A stretch of DNA of 64,000 nucleotides from Antedon mediterranea (lineage: Eukaryota; Animalia; Echinodermata), in NCBI RefSeq assembly GCF_964355755.1, contig NC_092679.1:4680201-4744200 (forward strand). Direction: 5' to 3'. Positions 41,901 to 51,500 of the stretch are shown in pieces. The translations under genes and the position numbers were made by a program. A model generated the notes under the pieces. The model was not told the DNA's origin. It ran no database searches and saw only the letters and a program-made list of their open reading frames with translations. Within the stretch, counting starts at the first letter, position 1. Each line of letters begins with the position of its first letter.

Positions 41901-44900
41901 GTTTTCATCAAGAGGTAGATGTTGAGGCTGAAAAGAGAAAATGTTAAAAAATCTATGTAAATAGAGAATACTTTAAACCAGCAAAACATATCATATCCAT
42001 GCCTAATACCACTAGGGATTGCAGATGACAATGGCAGCCATATTTGTCACGGAACTTTGGCGACCAATACCAGAAACCTGGGTTCAAATAATGTTAAATT
42101 CCAGATTATTACTGAAAAAATAACATTTGTTACAAGACATTATGTGTAGATAATATTGTGTTTAGGTATGTGTTTAAAATTGTTTAATTTAATTGTATAT
42201 GAAGCAGTTCATATTCTAATACTGTTTCCTGGTATCTTTAGAATCCCTATTTTATCATTTTTATAATAACACCAAGTATTTCAGTATTTGTTTTTTGTTG
42301 TAGGTATATTAAAGTGATTTCTCCCAAACGTAAATCTCTGTTTACGCCATCAAACTAGTTTGATAAAAAAAGTGGGATGTGCTCAAATATGGTAGTGATA
42401 TGATATCATCATGTCCATATATGGGCACATCACATTTTGTTGTCCCATAGAGTTTGATAGTGTAGACACTAGAGTTTAATACTTACATGATTCAACAAAA
42501 ATATACCTCTTCCCCGAGAGGAAGCAACTGGTTTCACTATCCACGTCCCTTTGTCTTTATTGTGGGCAACTGAAATACAAAAGTATTGAAAAACTCATCA
42601 TCCTTGAACTGAAACACAGAAGTGAAACTAAATAATAATAAGTCAATTTAAATAAGAAAGAATAAAGTACTACACAGAGAAGGACAGTAGTGGACAATGA
42701 TATGTTCAAAATTGGTACTGGTAAACAAATCTGTTAGGGTGTTCAAAAATACATCATAAATGAGCTGTACCTGTAAAGTCATCAAATTCTGATGGTGTTA
42801 TAAACGTCTGTGGTAAGAAGTCAAAATGCTTTGTTCCCTGAAAGAAAAAAAACATTTTAAAATACATATATTTTTAATTTTTTTATTTCATACGCATCCT
42901 ACAACAAACACAAACTCGGCAATTACAAAATGGATAAACTATTTTATAATTTATTGTGCTTATAAAGTAAGTCTCATTTTAGGCGTAGGGAGTGGAGTTG
43001 AAAGAGTTGCGAGTTACAACCCTGGCACTAGGTCAAGATTGACCCTGGACCTTGGGATTGGAATGCAAGAACATCAACCACCAAGCTACAGCTCCACTTC
43101 TTTTATAATTATATTATGTAAAATAAAAGTAATTTTTGTTTTTTTGCCAAGATAAAAAACATTGATTTAATTTTATTAAAATTGAACTTATCATTTTTCA
43201 CTTATTAAATGCCATTATCTTGACAAGGCAACTCTTTAAAAGTGCAATATGGCAAACAGCCTATTCCTAATAAACATATTTTAAAATATGTTATTCATGA
43301 ATTGTCGTGCTATATCCAATCAAATATTATAGACAATTACACTCATTGCATGTGGTATGTTGCCATTTGAATTTCATATATCAAGATAAATACATTATTT
43401 TACTTTTAGTTTTTATTTAATATCAAATTTGCATATAATTTAATTTCAAAGCTATACTATTTCACTATCAAACTAAAAAAAAAGTGTGATCTGCCAAAAT
43501 ATGGTAGTGATATGACATCATCATGTCAACATTTTTGGTCACATAATATTTGATAGTGTACAGCTTTAGTCCGTACCTTTGCGTGTTGCATTCGTTGAAA
43601 ATTCTTATACAAACGATCCTTACGTGTTATCTCGTACGACCTGAAACATATATTTAAAAAGTTATGAAAGATTAAATGGGAACAATATAAGCTAAACATT
43701 TTTCAGTTGCATTTATTGCAGTAACTCATTTTTTTTACTGCAAATGTATGATTTTAATGTACTATAGACAGTCACTGCAATAAACAGTGTGTATGATATA
43801 ACCCTTAAAAATCTGGCTAAATAATTGCATAAACAGGTTTAAAGGGATACAAATAAGTTTACTGCAGTAACTGCATTAAAATAAAGTTCACATGTTCGTA
43901 AAACTGTATTAAAGTTAAAGGGATTTGAATAAAAATAACAAATATTCTCTTATTAAGGTTAATAATTTTTTTAATTTTTTTTTAAATGTTAAACATTGTT
44001 TAAAATACACACTTAAAAACAATGTTTTTAAACTAAGAAAAAAAATTGGCATCACATTTTATCTATAATAAATTATTTACAAAAATATTATTTTTAAACA
44101 TTCTCCTCCTTAGAATAATATAATTCCTGTATTAAAAAAACATACATTAAACATTTGATAGAAAAAAGACTACCAAATGAAGACAGTTAGTTTAGAAGAA
44201 TTAGACTAAGATTTAGTATTATTATTCAGTATATTATCAATATCTATTTCGACTGTTCAAGCTAAAGTATTAAATAAATCAGTACAAATAAATCAACTAT
44301 TTTGTTGTTATTAATAAATGTTGGATTGTCTCAGCTAATGTAAAGTATACAATTCCTACTTATGTATTATAAATACATAATTCTATTCCATAGTATAAAA
44401 AGGTATCAACTATGAACCATGATAAATTATATAAAACAATACATATCCTCATGAATATTTAATAACAGTACAAATTGATTTGGCTGGAGGTCATGTCTGT
44501 CAGTGCAAACACGCATCTTGAATGCATAGCGTGACGGTAATCTTGTCTCGCGCATCGCTACTTCAATTGATTTTGCTTGCTTGTCTTCTTCATTTTAAAA
44601 AGCTAATTTCAAATGTGTATCGTATACTATGTGAGTTATAATGTTCATATCAACTCTAAGAAGTATATAATATATATATTTTAAATAAAGCTCAAATATA
44701 TAACACATGAAAACTAAAAACAGCTAAATACTAAAGCTAAATTGTTTGATATATACATATATGTGATATGTAATATGAATTTAAACGACACAGTGTATTA
44801 TTTGAACAACAATACTATGGGAAACTGTGATACTATGGGAAACAATGGCTGGTTAAAAACAAATTAAAAATTAAAAACAGTTGCGCTATAATTATTAACA

Positions 44901-47900
44901 TTTCAAGAGACCTACATTTTTGCATGTACTGTATTGCAAACACTTGTTTAAATTTCCGAAAACACAGAAAACAATTGTAAGATGCGAAATTAAAATGTTG
45001 ATAATAGCCAGAGTTCATGTAATGGAAAAATACAGTAGAATAACATTGCAACTACTCTTGAACATTGGCCAAATCTTATCCTATCAGTAGGCTTACTATA
45101 CCAATAAGTTGATATTTGTCCAGGGACCTACGCTGTCCTGGAACTATAACTATTCTATCTAGGTTGAGCTTTAAGGATATGGATCACCCCACCCAGTTTC
45201 TACTTCAAGTTGGATGTGAAAGCAATTATTAATCATAAAAAAACGTATCAGAAAGATAGACTATCAGGCAGAGTCATACTGCATCCTAGGTTCAGTAATA
45301 GACATACAGTAGTCCCTCTTACTTGAATTGAAAATGCTTTAAAGCAACTCAGAAGTTCATAGTATCAAGTGCAGTGAGTGTCTCTCTGTACATACTTGGC
45401 TCGGGAACTGGCGGTAGGGACCACGGAAAATCAGGCCTAGTTTTTAAGGCTTAGATTTTTTCGAGTGGAAGAGGTAATTTAGAGGGTTAGGTTCAGTTTA
45501 GTTAAGGGTTGGATAATTATTTGGGGTTTAGGCCTATTCAGTTAAATTTGTCATTAATGGGTCTGATCATCCTGGGCCTGATCATCTGATACCGTTGGGT
45601 CAACTACTTACCTTGCCAGCTTTAAAACAACAAGAAGCACATTCTTACCTGGGAAAATGGTTGACCTTTTGAAATTCAGTTAAACTTCTTAATGTGTATG
45701 GTTTCACATGAGAACCTATCCACATCAGATTGAAGTCAGAACTATTCGGATGAACCTGTCAATAAAAATAATCGTCAAGAAGATACCTAAAATAATACAT
45801 CATTCTCGTATGTGGATATTAAATATTTTTTTAAATAACACATCCACTCTATCGTCATGTGCACATAATTGAATATTTTAATAAAAGAACCCATGCATTC
45901 TATCATCATTTGTGTATTGAATATTTTTTTTAAAGAATATATCCGTGGTTGCCATATCGATATTTTAAGACAAAAACGAGAGAGGTAAACACAAACCTCA
46001 TGGAAACCATGCTTGTGTAGAACCTGCCTTATCACTTTGCACTCAGTTTTAACCATTTTGTACGCCAAGTGAAATTTTTCTAAAAGAGAAAAAAAAACAT
46101 GAAATAACGTCATAATTAAATTTTCTTTTTTAACAACATTTAAAAGATTTGAGGATATCTCAGATTTAACCAAATTAAATCTTATCGTTTATAAATGGAC
46201 AACCTATAACTTTATGATAAATTGGTTATTACGTCAAATAAATTAAAGATGTATTGTCCCTTGAAACACAAAAAATAAAAAATAAAAAAATTCTAAATTT
46301 AAATTGGCCATATCAAAGTAATATTAAACTTATTCACTTTAAGTCGAAAATTTGAGGCAAAAACAACAAGTTTACGTAATTAACAGGTAAATTAATTTGA
46401 TTACATTTCGTCTAGAAAATCTTCACGAGCGAAAGTAAACAAAGATTTAAAACCATGAGTATGCATTAATGCATGATGCTAATTAAAATTGTTTACAACT
46501 CGTAGCGGTTGAGAAGGTGTTTTCAGAGTAGCCAAACAAGCGCGTTGCATTATGAGATATGTTTTGATCGAAAACTTAAAGTTATTTTTTGAAACAAAAA
46601 AACGTCCGTATTTCGGTTAAATTATTTTTTTTCCAACTAATTTTTGGTGAAAGTTAATAACTATTATGATAATTCAAAATGACCCACTTTTTTTCGAAAT
46701 ATATAAAAAAAAAAAATTTTTTTTAATTAGTCAAAGGGACAATACATCTTTAAGTATCCTAAAAGAATTGTTTTTACCTATTGTACCATTTCTATTTGAC
46801 ATGTCTCTATAATAATTTCTCTTTTAATGTCACCATTATTAAATTAATCAATTAATTTTGCAAAATGCCAATATTATCATATCTTCAAAACATTCCTATG
46901 TTAACATAACATAAATGTTGTGATAGAATTAGCATTTCAATAGGCTATTTTAATGAATAGGAAATACGCAGCCATCAACACCAGTAAAGTGGTTTGTCTA
47001 ACCAAATTACAGCTAATTTCCTATCAACTGACAAGTTGAGTTCAATTGATTAAAAACAGAGACCATTGCTATAGGCACATGGTTTACAGTATTCACAACC
47101 GGCATATAGCTCTTAAGCTACCGGTAAATAAGAGATACCGATTTGAAGAATAGTTAGCCTCTTCAGTCTAAGACTGAAGAGGCTAACTATTAGTCTTTTC
47201 GAGAAGACTCGTTCTACCACCAGAACCATGGAGTGAGTGAGCCTCGAAGCATTGCCGATGCACCATTATGGCTACGTATTACGGTTCCACTGTCTTAACT
47301 GCTTGGCCACAATACAATTTTTTGTATAATTATTAGAGTTTGCTGGAACTTATCAGTACAAATCAGTCCAACGCCCACAAAACTAGAATTTTCTGAATTT
47401 TTACATCTCAATCGAGGACCCTAGAATATTGGCAAGGAAACATCACTAATTCAGTTTATTTTGTCACATAAAACAATATGACATTACTTCTTGATACAAA
47501 TATTAATAAAACTATCAAAAGTGACATTACAATTTTAAAACATTATATAATATTTGTGTCAATAAAAATGTAGCTGGTATAGATGAATGCATTTAATTGG
47601 CAATCGTAATTTTGGGTTTTTGTTTATGTTTTGGCTTTCAGGACTATGGATATTAACAGGGTGCAACCCGTTCATCAAGTCAACACAAATTATTGGAGGG
47701 TGCCAACATTTAGGGTGTGGCAATCTTTAAACACTATAGAGATTTTATTACACTTACAGTAAGTGGATATTACTAATAGTGGATCACAACTAAATCCACA
47801 TTCATTTTTAAATAGTTAAAATAGTTTCATCTCTGTCTAAACTAGTTTGAAAATAGTGTGATGTACCCAAATATGGTAGTGATATGTCTAGTATGGTGGT

Positions 47901-48530
47901 AGTGATATGACATCATCATGTCCATATATCGTCATCATCATCACATTATTTTTGTCACATAAACTTTGATAGTGTAGACACAGCTTTGGAAAATAAATTG
48001 AATTTCAAATAAAAATTCAAATGGGTGCTAGTAGAAACTAACTGTTTGGTAAAAACTCTCTCTCTTGTTTTCAGAGAGAAATGACTATCTTTTAGGAAAA
48101 CTCTAGTTCTATATTGGTGCAAAAACAAGACGGGATCAATAGAGTAGAGAAATTTTATTTAATCACATCCTTCACTAAATAAAATCCCAGGTACTGAATT
48201 GTTTTTAACCTGTTAAAGGAGTCGTAATGCATATCAATGTGTTTTATATTAATAATTTTCTACAAATTAATTAAATTTCCTATTATTTTTGTGATAATTA
48301 TAAAAACCGTTACCATGTCTCCAATCAATTTACAATCAATATGCAACAAAAGTGTCAAATGTCATTCATTTGTACATTATAAATTTAAATTGGCCATCAT
48401 AACAATATAATTTAGATTTCTATTAATATCAGATTTTAAAAGGAATTAAATCTTTACTGTCAATACAATAGAACGAAAGATGTTCAGCACTTAGAGAAGC
48501 TTGCTTGTAGAGTGCTATATAAGAATGAAC

Positions 48531-48569
<39 letters not shown>

Positions 48570-51500
48570 ATTATTATAGACAGACAGTAGTACTTTCTAC
48601 AATAATTTAAAAAAAATGATGAAATAAATATTTTAATAGTGTAAACAGTATCAAATAATGTTATTGTTTTTATATATATTTCATATTTAATAGAAGACAA
48701 TTTCAACAGCAAACAGAAGTAGTGGAACTGTAGCTTGGTGGTTAACATGCTTGCCTTTCCGTTCCAAAGGTCCAGGGTTCAATCCTGACCTAATAGTGCC
48801 AGGGATGTAACTCACAACTCTTTCAACTTCACTTCATAAGCTTCAAATGAGACTTTATAAGCAAGATAAATTATAAAATAGATAATCCATCCTGTAATTG
48901 GCGAGTTGCTCGATGTCGGATGCAAGGATAGATAGAAAGATAGTGTTCCCTTAACAGGAATGTTGTGGCCTGAATAGGGTTTGGCCATTTAGTGTTTAAA
49001 ACATGATTTCCACTTGCTAACCACATTGGAAAATGTTCCCATAATAGGGATGTCTCAGAAGAGGGGTTCTTCTGCAAGGATAGATAGAAAGATAGAGTGT
49101 TCCCTTAACAGGAATGTTCTGGCCTGAATAGGGTTTGGCCATTTAGTGTTTAAAACATGATTTCCACTTGCTAACCACACTGGAAAATGTTCCCATAATA
49201 GGGATGTGTTAGAAGAGGGGTTCTTCTACAAGGATAGATAGAAAGATAGAGTGTTCGCTTAACAGGAATGTTCTGGCCTGAATAAGGTTTGGCCATTTAG
49301 TGTTTAAAACATTATTTCCACTTGCTAACCACATTGGAAAATGTTCCCATAATAGGGATGTCTCAGAAGAGGGGTTCTTCTGTATAACAATTAACATACA
49401 GTACTAACAGTAACACCCACAAATCTGGAAACACATTCCAAAACACATTTAAAAAATTATTATATTAAAAAAATAGATCATTTTCGGGAAGCTACTGTAG
49501 GTATCTGGTTTTAGGAGAGTTCACGACCACATTTAAACTCTTTTTTTAAGTTTATTTTTTTAGTGAAGCAGATTGAGCATTGTGAAATAATTAAGTACAA
49601 AAGCTGTTTTATATTTCATTGGAAATTTAAACCTGGAATATCTAAAACTCACTCTCTGGATGGCCAGAGAGAACATGTGTTAATTAAGTGGTGGAAAAAT
49701 CCCAGTATTTAATATGACTCATGCAAGTTGCTAATAGCGTACTTCAACACCCAATCAGTTAGCAATGCTAATGATCCAGATGTGATTTGACCTGATTCAT
49801 TCAGGTTTCTATTACAGACACAACTGAAACAATTGATATTTTTCTTTTTATTTTGCATCATGTTATCTTTCGTACTGTTTTTTATATTCCTTTTTTAGTA
49901 TCATATGTTATCTTTTACTGCCCAACTATTTATATTCTGTTTATTTCTGGGAGCCAACAAAACTGAAACAATACCTTTCATATTTCTTATCAATATCATA
50001 TATTTTATTTAGTATCATTCATAAAAGTTATCTTTTACTGCCCAACTATACATTTATATTCCATTTAACTGTTGAAAGCAGGGCTAAAGTATTATAACTG
50101 ATTTAGGCTTTCTTCCAGCCACACATGCTATATTATAATTGTTGTTCTTAGCAATGTGCAATGGAATTTATTCTCTGTTTACTTCTGGAAGCCTACTGTT
50201 TTCTAACTTATTTAGGCCTTCCATACTGCACATACTATGCTTTAATTGTTGTTTTGGCAATAAGTGAAATGGAAATTTGCAGCTCAAAAACGAAAACATA
50301 GGATACAAGGTAAACTATGGCAAAAATTACGTGAAGTTGCAGTATGTAATATTTTCATTCATAAAAAAAGGAACAATGTTGCAAAAAGGTTGGATGATCT
50401 AAACATTATTAAAGTTGACAAAGTGAGCAACCAAGCAATAACCATGTAATGGAAAATATGTGTTTTTGTTAAGACTTCATTGTGTACTACTCTACAGTTA
50501 ATTACCCTGATGAGAACACTATGACACTGTTTAAAACATAATGAAATTGCTAATAAAAAGCTTTATTAATGACAATAACAATTAAAGATGTATCGTTCCC
50601 CTAAAATAATAATTCTTAAACATTTTTTGTTGAATATTCTATTTTAATGTAACATAATAGAAATATCCACTTTGACCAAAAATTAAATCGAAAACAAATG
50701 TATTTACCTGAAAAAAATGTAATTTAAAGCAAAAAATTCAAATTGGCTGACAGCCAATATATTTTTGGTTGAATTTAACCATTTATTTTGTCATTTTATA
50801 AGTGATAAAAGGATTTTTTTTTCGTTTCTTTTTTTATGGAAGTGATTAACTTTATTAAAACTACAAACATATTCAAAGTCTGATTTAATTAATCTTCATT
50901 TTTCATGTTTTTTGGGGACAATACATCTTTAAACAAAGAAGTACCTCCTGTAGTGTATAGTTTCTTGACCTTGGTTAGGAGACACTCTGCTCTGAATAGA
51001 ACCACTGGAGTCTTCTTACCATGGCCGCACCAAACAATGTTTTTCATGTCCGACCTGTAAGGAAGAAAAACAAATCAGAACATTATCTTAAACCGCACAA
51101 CTGACACTCTGTGGGCTGGGGACCACGCCGACACTCTGGGGCTGGGGACCACGCTGAATTACTGCTTGTGAAAATAAATTTTAAAATAAAATCAATATAT
51201 CGACCATATTATGTTATTAATAATTTGTGCTCCCAACCATTTGAAATTAAAAACGAAAAAAAAAGTTTCCCAAAATGCAATGCGTTCAGGAAGCTACAGG
51301 AATCAAAGGATTAATCAAATAACAGTTATTTTTATCATCTAAACATTAGCGATAACTGGTTAAAGGCCCAACAGATTGGGTTTAAAGAAAATTAGATTTT
51401 CAGGCTGCCATTTACCAGTTATTTGAAATTTGTCATGTTTCTAATGACAAGAAATTGGGGGTAATTTGTTCACACTAGTATTAGCAAAGACTCCAAGAAA

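Noticed and set aside
45400-45600. ggttagg/gggtt telomere-like motifs
   Set aside because: Scattered and degenerate within a short repeat element, not a telomeric array.
48728-48792. tRNA-like sequence (also minus strand ~21270-21330)
   Set aside because: A- and B-box-like motifs are present but no intact cloverleaf; more likely SINE heads than tRNA genes.
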